Source of the DNA: Vicugna vicugna
Lineage: Eukaryota
Length of the DNA: 64,000 bases
NCBI GenBank assembly: GCA_013265495.1
Contig: MU058844.1
Span: forward strand, 1,246,941-1,310,940
Reading direction: 5' to 3'
Made by a program: the position numbers and the translations under genes. Of this stretch, positions 39,870 to 52,414 are shown one piece after another. The notes beneath the pieces were generated by a model, which worked only from the letters and a program-made list of their open reading frames with translations, was not told where the DNA came from and made no database searches. Every line of letters begins with the position of its first letter. Position 1 is the stretch's first letter.

Positions 39870-40394
39870 ATCTCTAGTCTCCAAATACAGCCGCCAGTAA
39901 TTAGCCCTTGTCCATGCATGCTACTTAATTAAGAAGTAGAATTGATTTCTCCTCCCCTTGATTCTGGCTGGCCTTGTAACTTGCTTTGACAAATAGAATT
40001 TGGAAGAAGTGATGAGGGACTTCTGAAGCTAAGGCTTGAAAATGACTAACAATTTTTGCTTCCTCTCTTTTAGAAGCCAGCTGCCATCTAAGAAGTCTAA
40101 CTAACCTGAGGCCACCATGCTGTAAGGATGCCTAAGATAGCCATGTGGAGACAGGGAGGCCATGTGGAAGATCACTGAAGTGCCATTCATGTGAGTAAAG
40201 CCTTGTTGGACCTTTAGGCTCACTGAATGCCGCTGAATGACTCTAGCTGAATGACATTATGTGGAGTTGAAGAGCCAGCCAGCTGTGCCCTACCCAAATT
40301 TCTGCTCCACAGAATCATCAAAAACTAGCAATTCATTGTTTTAAGCCATTAGGTATTGGGATAGTTTGTTACACAGCAATAGATAACTGAAACA
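39870..40394 (+). mobile_element. MLT1 (MLT1G/H-like) solo LTR
   Basis: 'ctggccttgtaacttgctttgacaaatagaat...tgttttaagccattaggtattgggatagtttgttacacagcaatagataactgaaaca'. Confidence 0.88.
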
Positions 40395-40856
40395 TGATAG
40401 TTGGGATAGAGTTTTCCATTTCTAAATATAATTTAGAAAATTTAACTTGGGGTACTGGTTAGCTCCCAGCCCCTATTCCAGGTAATCTACTTCAATTGCT
40501 TAGGGATTGGTATATTTTGAAATTCTTTATTAGACTCTTATATAGAACTAAGGTTCAGAACCACTTGTCCAAGGAGAAACGGAAGAGGATGCGCTGAGTT
40601 AGAAAGTCAAATTGAGCTAAAACAGAGGGATAAGACTTTTGGAAGTCATTAACATTTGGGATTAGCCAGATAAACAAAGTAAAACAAAAACTCCTCCTTA
40701 GTCACTGACAACACGCCACTTTACATCAGGCCAGCTGCAGAGGGGTAAATAAAGAAGACACAGGAATCAGAGATAAATGAGTAAATCAGCAAATAAAAGA
40801 ACATTCCCCTTGTGTTTTTTTCTGAGCAATATATTTTTTCTGTGTTTTTTTTTTTA

Positions 40857-40963
40857 ATCTCAGTCTTTTCTGTATGGCTGTACTAAATGAAGCTTGCCTA
40901 GAGTTGGGTGACAAAAGTGTGCATTTCATTACCATTAACATTATCTTGAGCTAAGTTTGCAGT
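40857..40963 (+). repeat. 107-bp local direct repeat, copy 1
   Basis: Ungapped match to 42392-42498 with 15 mismatches by hand count. Confidence 0.9.
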
Positions 40964-41036
40964 GTGTTGATAGGTCCTTATCCCCAAATTCAGACCCAGT
41001 ACTACCCGAGTTGCAGAATAATTAGCCATACAAACA

Positions 41037-41067
41037 AGATAGAGATAGATAGACAGACAGACAGACA
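41037..41067. repeat. (AGAT)n(AGAC)n compound microsatellite
   Basis: 'agatagagatagatagacagacagacagaca'. Confidence 0.8.
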
Positions 41068-41473
41068 TAATTTTTTTGCCAAGATTTTCAGGATTGTACT
41101 TTGTGCCTCATATCCCATTTTCAGTTGAAATTTGGATAACAGAAAGGTTTGACAGTTTTTGGTGAAAACATGAGGGAAAGGAGTTTAAGCACCTCAGATG
41201 TGTGGAGTGCTATTAGATATGTTCCTATTATGCTGGAAAGTCATTAAGGAAATATGTATGCCAAGCCACACCATCAATTTTGAGATATTGACTCTAACAG
41301 AGATGTCAGTATTCTAGTTACATTGGCAGAGTTTAACCTCAACTAATGTCTACTGACATATGACACTTCGCCTGCCCTTTAAACTATTTATATCTTTGCT
41401 TTAGGCAAAATGCATTCTGTCTTTATTGATACATAATTGTCAAGTACTTGAATCTAAGACTGTAGACTTAGCA

Positions 41474-41595
41474 GGAAGAAAGAAAGAAAGAAAGAAAGAA
41501 AGAGAAAAAGAAAGAGAGAGAGAGAGAGAGAGAAAGAAAGAAAAAAAGAAAGAGAGAGAGAGAGAGAGAAAAAGAAAGAAAAGGAAAAGAGAAAG
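41474..41595. repeat. Pure-purine (GAAA)n/(GA)n tract, about 120 bp
   Basis: Uninterrupted A/G run directly visible. Confidence 0.95.
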
Positions 41596-42391
41596 TGCTG
41601 GTTTTCATTGGAAGCATGTCTGCCTTTGAAGCTTCACATTTCAGAAGCTGAAATAAGAGTCTCCAGTGGTTTTGATTATAATCGTTGCTATGTGGTCCTG
41701 GCGCTTTCCATGGCACCTCATATAAGACCACGTGTGCCATTGGCTGAATAGCGCTGATTAGTGAATGAATATGACAGAGAAAAGCGTAGAGGTCTTTCAG
41801 CCCCCAACCACTTTCCAGGAGGGGGAAGAACATCCTCTGGGCCAGGCACATTCAGTCTTTGGATGTGTTAATATGAAATACTTTCATCGCTCCAATTTCC
41901 ACTCTTGTGGATTTTTCCTGGCTCCAACTCAGTGACCTGATTCTCTAATTTTCCCTCCTCTGAGAACATACTTTTTCTTAAGTTATTTTTTCTCTGAAAT
42001 CCACACCGCCTCCCCTCCCTTCCCTTTTGATTTCTTATTCAGCCTGGAAACTACCTCACCAGTTGTAATTAGCCTGAATACTTGAGGGAGGGAGGAGGGC
42101 TCTCCTCAGGAAATAGCCAGAATAAAGCAAGATTCCTTCTTCAAGGAGTAGGAAGAGAAAGCCAGGCCCTTGTAAGCTGATTAAATCTCTCTTTGCTTTT
42201 TCTTCTATTGTAAAGCACCAAACTCTGATGAGAGCCTATTCTTTCTGTTATTTTATAACCTTAATTGATCTATACTATACATTCTCAGCTTGCTAGGCTA
42301 GATGTACTTTCTAATGTACTTTCCTGGACCAAGTAAAGAGTAGAAATATACAATTTTTAAGTGTCAAGTTAGCAGCTTTCTAGTGTTTTCT

Positions 42392-42498
42392 ATCTCAGTC
42401 ATTTCTGTGTGTCTGTACTAAATGAAGCTTTCCTGGAGGTGGGTGACAAAAGTCTGCTTTTCATTCCCATTAATGTCGTCTGGAGCTAATTTTGCAGT
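42392..42498 (+). repeat. 107-bp local direct repeat, copy 2
   Basis: Ungapped match to 40857-40963. Confidence 0.9.
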
Positions 42499-42619
42499 AT
42501 TCTTAGTGGGTTCATTGGAACTTTACTAATAGAATTTCTGTGAAAGAATTATGTTTCCTATGGTTTTTTTTTACCAATTTGTCTTTTTTTCAATCGTAAT
42601 AGCTGTGATTCATGCATGC

Positions 42620-42820
42620 TGTGCAGTGTAATCATTATATTATCTCAATTAGTCACCATAATAACCCTGAAAGTAGTGATCAGTATCCACATTTTACAGA
42701 TGGAAAGTCTGAAGCTTAGAGTTAACTATATAATAAGTTGCCCAAAGGGGCACAGTTAGTTTCAGACCTGACATTCAAACCCATGACTCTTTGGCTTCAA
42801 ATCTTTATACTAAGTGCTAT
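42620..42820 (-). mobile_element. MIR
   Basis: 'cattttacagatggaaagtctgaagcttagag...aagttgcccaaaggggcacagttagt...gacattcaaaccca'. Confidence 0.85.
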
Positions 42821-45289
42821 TGCCTTTCAAAAACATGCACTGCCAGCTGTTGAAGAGAGAGAAAAAGAGGGATTTTTCTTTTTTTAAAAACAAGGATGGA
42901 AAGAAAGGAAAAGAAATGAAAAAACTTCTCTATTTGAGCATATGCGGATGATAGTGGTTGGAACAAAAGGGCGGCTATTGTGCAGAGCTGTTTAAACCTA
43001 GGGGGGCAGGGCAGAAACACCCTGGTTTATAGAGCACTAATTTAATACAAGAAAGCATGGCGTCTAGATGCCCAGTTTCCAAGAATGGTAACAAGCATGT
43101 TTAAGAACCAGTTGCTGCATCTGAGGGAAACTGTAACCTATCTCTAATAACCTAGAAGTCACTGAGCTGACAGGCAATCCCCTTTATCAATTGGTGGTCA
43201 TTATTGATTTGGAGAAGAAAGTGACTTCTCCCTTTTAGTAAAGAGAGCATAAAATTCTAATCTCCTAACATGTAAAAATTTCATAAACTTTCTCTCAATC
43301 CTTTAATAGTATAAAAATTAGAAGAAATATAAAGACAGTAGCCTACTTCATCATATGCGCATATTCACCCACTGCATGCTAAGACTGTGTATTATTCCCC
43401 TTTATGGTTTTTTCAAATTCTAAAATGAGTATCTATATAATGATAATTATTAGATATTGATTTCAAAATCCATTTCTGTTGATTTGTACTAGTATATCAG
43501 ATTTGATGGTGATAATGGGCACTTACCATATGACTGCTTTATTGATACTCTTTTTAGATCGAAGACACCTGATTGAACAGCCTGTTATACTGATACCAAG
43601 AGCACCAGGAATCTGCTCCCTGACCTGACCTGCATAAGTTAATTAGTTTGTGTGTCCAAAAGATATTTATGGTTGTAACCTCTTAGCTATATCATTGATG
43701 AAGCTCCTGATATTTTCCTGAGCTGAGTTTCCAGAGCAACTATAGCTGAGAGTTGGCTGGCTGGCTGGAACAGAATCCCTAAGAGATGCATTGGTGAAAT
43801 CATGAGAGACCATGGTCGCTGGTCAGCAGATACTCAGAAACCTATGGGAAATGTAATTTTATTTTACCTTTGAAGTTCGTGTCAAGAAGATCATTCACTT
43901 TTGTGACCATGGCACTGAGACATTTTTGTAATTTCCCATAGCTTAAGGGTTTTTCATGCTGCATTAAGTATCTATGGTGTTTAAATAGCATTACAGCCTA
44001 TTAAATCCGTGACCCACAAAGTAGGAAGCTTGAGAGGCACAAAAAAGTAATTCACAAGAAATTTTCTATAAGGTTATTTTCCTGTAAAATAGAAGGAAAA
44101 AAAAAAGAGCCCTTTATGTAAAAAGTAGGAATTTGGGTCCGTGGGTCATTGATAAGTGGGATATAAAGGGGAAAAAATTACAACTGTCTCTACCTAATTT
44201 CCTCTGTCGCATGTTTTTGGTTTCTTATAGCAAATATGTCCATGACATTGCATATTCAAGGCATTAGGAGTCACTGCCTTAGAATTCATGACTTCTTGCT
44301 TTCCATGCTGAAGTTTGACCATACCTGTGTATCCGATACCCAGAAAGAGCCCCTCTCATTGCAATAAAAATATCTTCAACCAGGGGCTACTCTAATTTTG
44401 TTTGGCTTTGGTCTTATGAAATGACTCACCTAACACTTTAAAAAACTTCTCCACATATTGAATAAATAAAATACAACTGAATCACTAATTTGCAGTAACT
44501 AACTGCACTAACTAGCCCTCACTTGGAGATAGAAGGATTGCAATGTTTTATTCTCTGAAATGAAGCTACTTTTTTTTTTTTAATGCACCCTTGGAAAATC
44601 ACCATTTGACTTTCGGACAGTGTTTCAGACTCTAGTGTTAATTTTATTAAGCAGTATAATCAGAAAGTCACTTGAATCATCATGTAATAATTTGTGCTTC
44701 TGGACCTTAATAGTCATGACTCTAAGAACTCAGTGCTCCAATAATTATTCCAACAAAGAGAGACTTAATCAACCCGATGTTATTCAGACCCCAAAGAAAC
44801 TCACTGTGGTGATTCTCATTTTTTTTAAAATGTTATCTTAAAAAAAAAGAAAGAATAGGGAACTAGGAATTTTTGGAGGCTTCCTACAACGATAGTGAGT
44901 TGGTAACTGAAAATCTGGAAGGAAGTAGAGTAAAATGGGAAGAGACTCATTTTATTGAATCTTATACCAAGTACATACAGTCTATAGGATGAGGGAAAAT
45001 TTCCTAATTCAGTAGAGCTTCACTCTTCTCTTTAGCAAAATTGAACTGGTTATACGGAGGGATCTCACCGTATGCTATGGAGAATAATTTATGTATAATT
45101 TAAATGCAAAAAAAGTAAAATGTTTAGGCAATAAATCCAAGTATCTACAGTGTCACAACACTATACAATAATATACAGGACCCATCAGCCTCCCTTTTTA
45201 GATCCTGCTCATTAATGTTACTTTTTCTAGTCTACATAGTACTGATACTCATTTATATGAAAACTTTCTTTCTTAGATTGCAGTTTCAC

Positions 45290-45490
45290 ATTCACTTGGC
45301 AAACATTTAATGAGTACCTAATTTGTGCTAAGTGCTTTGTTGTATAGATAGTGATGAATATGGTTGAGCATTCAGATTGCTCACAGATTAGTTGAAGAGA
45401 TGGAAATATAAGCCACTATTGCAATTGTGAAAAATGTTATGAGAATATCAAGTATTACGGGACCCCAGGGGAAGGAAGGTACTATTTGAG
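45290..45490 (-). mobile_element. L2 3' end
   Basis: 'attcacttggcaaacatttaatgagtacctaatttgtgctaagtgctttgt'. Confidence 0.75.
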
Positions 45491-45494
45491 CCTC

Positions 45495-46905
45495 TCCCAT
45501 TCTCTGTTCCACACACTCCATGCAGACTTTCATCCTCACCACTCCTCAGACTGTTCTCATCCAAGTCAACAATGGTTCCCATGTTGCTAAATCTGGGTCA
45601 TGCCTTAGTCCCCATCTTGCTCAATATGTCAGCAATATTTCACACAGTTGTTCATTTCCTCCTTCTCGAAAAGACTTTCTTCACTTGGCTCCTGGGAAGT
45701 CACTCTTGCTTCACTTCCTATCTTACAATTACTCCTTTTAAGTCTCCTGTGTTGGCTCTTTTTCATCTTCCCAAGCTCTGAACATCACAGTGCTCTAGAA
45801 CTCATTCCCTGAACTCTATTTTCTCCTCCCTTTTCCCTAAGTGATCCTACCTCATTTCAGGGCTTTAAATATCATCTACTGCAGATAACTATCTCCCCAG
45901 TACCTACCTCTACCCATGATATTCCCACTGAACTCCAAAGCATGTATCCAATGGCCTACTTGATATTTCCACTTACAGGTCAAACAGGTGTCTCACACGT
46001 AACATGGTTTAAAAAAAAAAGATTATTCTCACCCAGTCTGTTCATCCTACAGTCTTTGCCATCTTAATAAAATGGGAACTTCATCCTTCTAGTTACTCAG
46101 GTCAAAATTCTTGGTATTATCCTTGACTGTTTTGTTCATATTCTACATTTCAGCTTTGCCTTCAAAATATATTCAGAATCTGACAACACTTAATACCTCG
46201 CCTCTTGTTACTGTGGATGACATTTGTCACCTGGATTATCATGATAGCCTTTTATCAGGACTTTCTGCTTTTATTCTTGCCTCCCTACACTTAATCCTAT
46301 ACATGGCTATCAGAGTGACCCATATATGGTGATATTTTCACTCTTCTGCTCTCCCTCTACCCTTCAATGGTTTCTGATCTTATTCAGAATAAATATTAAA
46401 GTCCTTTCCATGGCCTACAAGGCCCTACAAAATCTTGCCCATAGCTACTACCTCTTTGATCTCATCCCCTACTCATTCACTTCACTCCAATCACACTAGC
46501 CTCACATCACTTCCTCTGATATACCAAGAATGCTCTGCTTTGGGCACTTTGCACTTGCTATTCCCTCTGCCTTCAGTTCTTTTCCTGCCATCACCCCATA
46601 TCTACATAGATTGAACTCATGCTTTGTTTTTATCTCTGCTCCGATATGACTTCGTCAAAGTGGCTTTCCTCAACCACTGTTTAAAATAACATCCTCACCC
46701 ATTTATCCTGTCTTATTTTCCTTCATCCTAGCTTCATGTGGCATGTACGCTATTCTTGTTACTTGTTTATTGTCTTTTTGCTTCCACTGAAATCTAAATT
46801 CTATCATAGTAGAAAATGTCGGTTTTTTCACTGTTGCATCTCTAGATCTTAGGAAAATACCTAGCATCTAATAGTCTTCCAATAAATAATGAATTTTAAT
46901 GAATT
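45495..46905 (+). mobile_element. L2a-like LINE, about 1.4 kb of the 3' part
   Basis: 'ggctttaaatatcatcta', 'tcacctggattatcatgatagcc', 'ccatggcctacaaggccctaca', 'ctttgcacttgctattccctctgcct', and the tail 'caataaataatgaattttaatgaat'. Confidence 0.9.
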
Positions 46906-46991
46906 AATATATTTGAGCTGAGAGAAAAGGACAAAGGCTCTCAGGCAGAAGAAACCAGGACCTACAAGAGGATAAATTTAGTCTGTTTAAA

Positions 46992-47218
46992 ACAGGAGTG
47001 AGCACACTTGCAGCCTGGGGACCAAATCTAGCCTGCCACTTGTTTTTGTTAGTAAAGTTTTATTGAAATATAGCCAGGCTCATTCATTTACATTACTATT
47101 TATGAATGCTTTCGTTCTACAACAGCAGAGTTGAATAGTTATGAAAGAGACTGTGTGGCCTGCAAGCCTGAAATATTTACTAAATGGCTTTTTATAGAAA
47201 AAGTTTGCCAACCCTTGG
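46992..47218. mobile_element. MER58A
   Basis: 'gggaccaaatctagcctgccacttgtttttgttagtaaagttttattgaaatatagcca...aaaagtttgccaaccc'. Confidence 0.9.
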
Positions 47219-48017
47219 TCTGAGGGTAGAATGCATGGTAGACTTGGTGGGAAAATGGAAGAGTAGGTGAGGGCAAGCAGGGAGGGATTTATATGGGTTT
47301 GGGTGTCACATGTTAGTCAAGAGAGAGTGAGACAATGGGTTCTTTTAGGCAAGGGAGTCCCTGAAAGGCGGAACTATGTCTATTATAATTTTTCATGAAA
47401 GAGTGCCTGATATTTAAACCAGTTATCCCAGTGGCAGCTGCTGCCAGGACCCCTGCCTGAATGTTTCTGCCATGTTTGGAATTAGCTCTTGATCTAGGAA
47501 GCAAAAAGTAGTGAAAATCCCTTTGCTTCCCCCACCCTCCTCTGCTAGATATTGGTTTGGAAATGATCTTTCTCTTGTGGTGAGTCTGGTGCAGACGGCT
47601 CCAACAGAATCCATTATCGCCTCTGGATAACTGGCCTGGGCTGATCTCAAGAGTCTCAGAAACATGAGGTTGGTTCTAGGGTCGCCAAGAGACTTGTGTC
47701 TCCTCAGACTTATTGGTCCTACTTTAGGAAGCTTTTGGAATTTGAGAAATTTTGCAATCATTTCTATAGAGGGTGACAAGCAAAACTCTACATTTTCAGT
47801 GGTTTGACAGCTCATCAGACCTTTTCCAAGTCCTCTAAACCATGTGGATCCGTCAGACTTTGCCGCGGGGTAAGGTCAAAAGATTGCTGATCCATTTTGC
47901 TTTTACTTAGATTGGATTTCACAATAAAGCAGCCTTTCCCTGCTGTCTTTGGCTCTTATGATTTTAGCTCCAGCCAGACTCTAAGTAAGGGCAGAAGTAA
48001 ATTTTGAAGAAAATAAA

Positions 48018-48041
48018 AAGAGAGAGAGAGAGAGAGAGAGA
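48018..48041. repeat. (GA)n microsatellite
   Basis: About 11 GA units directly visible. Confidence 0.9.
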
Positions 48042-49004
48042 ATAAATGTGCTCTGAATTTCACAGAACAAAGTGGAGCTCTGGCTTGTGGTGGAATCTGG
48101 GACTAGGTGCCCCTCTCCCCTTTCCCTCTGAGATTGCAGTGGTGAAATCAGGTCTGTTCCAGTGAAGCTGTGGCATTTGGGTTTAATTTGATAGATCCCA
48201 ATGTGGCTACTTTGGTTTGGGACTTGGTTCTGGCCTGAGTTTTTTCGCCCATCCCTCAAAGTGTATGAGCAAAAGGAAGCCAAGTTTCCACTTCTATTTA
48301 CTGAATCATTCAACTAGAAGTCCACAGCCCTTACTTACAACAGCTCATGTTGTTTATTGGCTTGCCTTTAAAAATTCAAAGTATGGGTTAACTGAAAATT
48401 GATAGGTTATCATTTAAGGAGGAAGTGAAAAATTCCAAACAGACATCAGTCTAACCCTAGGCAAAAGAAACAGAACTTAAATTTTTATGGTGGCCTTTCA
48501 GACCGACCCTTCTTTTGAATTTACAATAGGTCAGAATATTTCTTTCTTTCTTTTTCTTTTTTTTTTTTTTTGGTTTAATTTAATACTTCAATTTTCAAGA
48601 AGGTGCCAAATCAAGCTTTTTAGGCATCATCTGCCTGGGACATGCTGAATTAATTGCAGGCTTCATTTTGTAGGAGTCAGTATTAATGAATGGGGTGCTA
48701 GCTCAGCCCGTTTGAAAAGAACACACAGAGGTGGCTCCAATAATTACATTAAGACCGTGGATACACACTTGCCATGGGGATTTGGAGTTGGGCTTAATCA
48801 AATCTGGATTTGGCATTTCACAGCCCACATCAAGGATTTCTACAAAGGAACATCTGAGCATTGCCAGCTATGCTCTTGTTCTGACTTAGTGCCTCCTCCT
48901 GGGTAACCGAACAGGCCCTGTGCTAATCTTGTTGATGCTTTGGTTGCACCTCTGCTCTGCTGCAGAGCGCTCAGAGCTTTTTCAGGCCAGAGTTTCTTTC
49001 CACC

Positions 49005-49930
49005 CACGAACAACCATTTATTTAGTGCCTATCATGCCCAGGGCCCTGGGATAGACGTGATGGTGAACAAGACTGACTGTATCCTGAGCTGCATTCATAA
49101 ACATTACATATAGTAGGAGCTACAGAAGCTCAACCTGTGGCTGCAAAGCAGTTAGCTATTTTTATTCATTCATTACCTACCATGTCCTAATAGATGATAT
49201 AGATGATGCCTGCCTTTGAGGAGTTTAAGATCCAGTCCAGTGGTTTTCTTTTTCTTTTTCTTTTTTTTTAAGTGGTTTTCAACTTTAGTCATCTAAGAAG
49301 TCCCACGGAAGCCTAATTCAAATGGGAACAAGGCATCTGCACTTCTCATAGGCAGATATTTCTGATGCACTTGCTCTTTGGACCATGCTTTGAGAAATAC
49401 TGATAAACATAGAAATGATGTAAATAGTTGTGAAAATAGCATAATCAATGCTGCACCTGTCACAGGGGAGGCTCAAAGGTAGAAGACCTTATTTCTATTT
49501 GAGACAGCAGAGAAGGCTTCCAAGATGCAAATCTAGATCTTGCAGGATGATAGAGGGTTTCATCAAGCAGACAATGCACAGGTGGAACAGGTGGAGGGGA
49601 GAAAAGTCCAGACACAGAGGGATCACATAGAGGACACTAAAATGGAGGGGGTGTACCTGTTTAGGTGCCCTCTGAGCATAGAGCTGGGAGGGAGAGTGAG
49701 GGAATACAGTGCTAGAAAGTAGACTGGAGGCAGGTGGTGGCGGATCTTGAAAGTCAGTGTCAGATTGAGAAACCGTTAGTGAGAAACCATTTTGTAGCAG
49801 GGAAGTAACATGATCCAATTTGCATTTCAGAGAGATTAGTCGAACAGCAGTGAGGTGCTGGATAGGAAACAGTGTAGGAGACCCCAAGCAGTTAGGAGTT
49901 TCTATGAGTGTCATTAAGTGTAAAAACAAT
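49005..49930 (-). mobile_element. L2 fragments interrupted by a MER5-type MITE (about 49238-49402)
   Basis: 'caaccatttatttagtgcctatcatgcccagggccctgg', 'gcagggaagtaacatgatccaatttgcatttcagagagat'. MER5 termini 'cagtggtttt' and 'tttgagaaatactg'. Confidence 0.7.
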
Positions 49931-51834
49931 AGGGTTGTTGAGGATGTACATGCAAAGTGTTCTTTGGTTATAAAGATATATATGTTTAAAAAAAGGTGAA
50001 CCACCAGCCATAGGAAAAGCAGGAATCACAGAAGAGCTGGGCTGCCAGGACCTTCACTTGGGGGCTCTGCCATTAACATTAAGCAAGTACTGTCCCTGCA
50101 CATGCTTCTCACCTTCCTCTCCGTTCGCTGGCTTCCTCTTTCTCTGGTATCTGCCTTACACCTTCTTCCAACTCAAAATTTCTACTGCTTTAGGAATAAA
50201 GGAGAAAGATGCAGACTGAACACAAGTGACTTATGGGGTAAGTGTAGGAAGATCCCTGGAATCTTCAAGCCTGCCCCTTCACCTAGGGGGTAGCTTGAAC
50301 CAAGCCTTTTTCACATTAGTGATCCATTTGTTAGTGGACCTTGAATTTATTTATACAGTGACTGTCATTGGCTGTTTTTTATTTTAATTATCTTTTTTCC
50401 TAGTGGAAAAAACTACAAGTGTTGAATTAATGCCAAGTAATTGATTTTGTGAGCCACAGCTGGAAAATGAGTATGAAGATGCATAAATGTAGGGTTTTTA
50501 TTTCTCCAGCAAGACTTTGTCAATTCAGAATTACTAGAAGAAAATAATTACTAGCATAAATATATGAATATTCTGAATTGTGGACCATTAGAAAGCATTC
50601 AGCCTTATTTTTCAAGTGTAAGAATTTAAACTTAGTTCCTGTTACAATCACATCCTTGAGGACCTCCTTAAATTATTCAGAGTGATTCATAATGGACATA
50701 TCAATTTCTTTTTATGTAAACAGTCCTTCCACATTTTAAAAAATGGTATATAATTCTGCACATCTTTAATATTCTCCTTGCTAAAAGTTAATGCATCATT
50801 CATTTCTTTAGAAAACCTATTGTCCCATGAAGTGAAAGATAAAGTTAAAACTCTGCCCTAGCACTAACCATTACAGATTAAAAATCTGTCTCACTAAGGT
50901 TGAGAGGAACGTATTTTGGCAACCAAAATTCACAAACGTCAGAGTAAGTAAGGTTTTTCTGTGTTAGCCACAGCTTCTTTTCACAGGTCATTATTCTGGT
51001 CTCCAAGACTCTAAGTCAGCCTTGGATTCAGGTTTCAAAAGCTTTTGATTCTGCAAACATCCAAAAGTCATGAAAAATTCTCATTAGCCCCTTGGCAGTG
51101 TTCCTCGTAAACAGTGACTTCCACTTCTTCCCACAACACTGGACTGAGAGAACTTACTGCCTGCAGCAAACACATACCCAGCTTCCTCACCATGCACGTG
51201 TTCCCGTGAAAAACAGGCAAACATAGGGCCAGCAGGAGAGGCAGACACAGACACAGAGATGGCTTTCCATTCCCTGTGCTTCTGTGGTCCATACCTGATT
51301 TCTCTGAGGCTAAGAGCTGATTTGCAAGCCTTGGAAGCACTTTGTTATGAACAATTTATTGTCTGTTAGCAGGGAGGCCAAGCCACCCCCTCTTGGCTGT
51401 TCCTGTGGAGCAGGTTGCCTTGTGGTTCTGGATTTTCTTTACCTCTCTCTCCAGGGCAGCTTCTGAGGGGCTGAACCTGGTCTCTCTGCAGCTGATGTGG
51501 AGGCAGAGGGGATCCATCCAATCATCTACAAGCAGCATGCGTTTAAGTTCTCCTAAACTATCTCTGACAAGCTTGTCAAGTGAGGCTCCACCCCTGGGGT
51601 GTGAATGGGTTTGGGTGAATCAGTTCATGCCCTTCAGGATTTTTTAAACTTTGATCATAGCCCTTCTTAATGTGAATTTCTCAAGGCCTAAGTCTCCATT
51701 ATTCTATTCTGTCCTCACAGGAATATCTCTTAATCCACTACATTGATTTACCAGCCTTTTTCTTAGACTTTGCAGCTCTGTCCTGTCTCTTTTGAGAATT
51801 CAACTCAGGGAGCATTCTAGGATAACGGGTGACC

Positions 51835-52050
51835 TCATGATCCTTGGCGTTTCCAAGTCCGGAGATCAAGCACAGGCTCTGGGACAGAATTGCTCGGAGA
51901 CCTGGGACGAGGTGCTGAACTTTCCTGAGGCTGTTTCCGCAGCAGTAAAATCAGAAGAGCAGCAGCACACTCTTCATCAAGTTGTTACAAAGATTCAATA
52001 CATTAACATGTGTACCTATTAGAACAGCACCTGGCCCCTGCAAAAGTAAG
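51835..52050 (+). mobile_element. MIR
   Basis: 'gacctgggacgaggtgctgaactttcctgaggctgtttccgcagcagtaaaat'. Confidence 0.65.
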
Positions 52051-52414
52051 CATGATGATCTGGAGACACAAACATAATGACTGAGAGTTCTCTTTTTTAC
52101 ATGAATGTTTGGCCTACTATAATCTACACAATTGGTAGGAGTACAGTCCTAGAATTTTTCTGACCCTAAATAAAGTGTAGTTGATCCCATCTAGCCTTAA
52201 AGTAGCAGCTGCTCTAAAGGTGTTGAATTTGCATATATCATATACAGGACCACACTGTGCACCTTACCACATTCATTATTTATCATTCGTTCAGTGCCTA
52301 CTCTTGTCCAGGCACGGTGTTAGGCAGTGAATTCTCAAAGAGAACAAAGCCTTTACCCTTAGAAACCTTACAGTGTTGCTCACTGTAGGTGCATGGTTAC
52401 TGTAAACACTGCCC

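Noticed and set aside
41426..41851. K/E/R-rich and F/S/L-rich ORFs
   Set aside because: These are translation artefacts of the GA microsatellite.
49495..50004. Longest ORF in the track (169 aa)
   Set aside because: It overlaps decayed L2 sequence and has no recognisable domain.
42983..50295. CTCF-like strings at about 42985 (acctaggggggcag) and 50280 (cacctagggggtag)
   Set aside because: Each has several mismatches at core positions.
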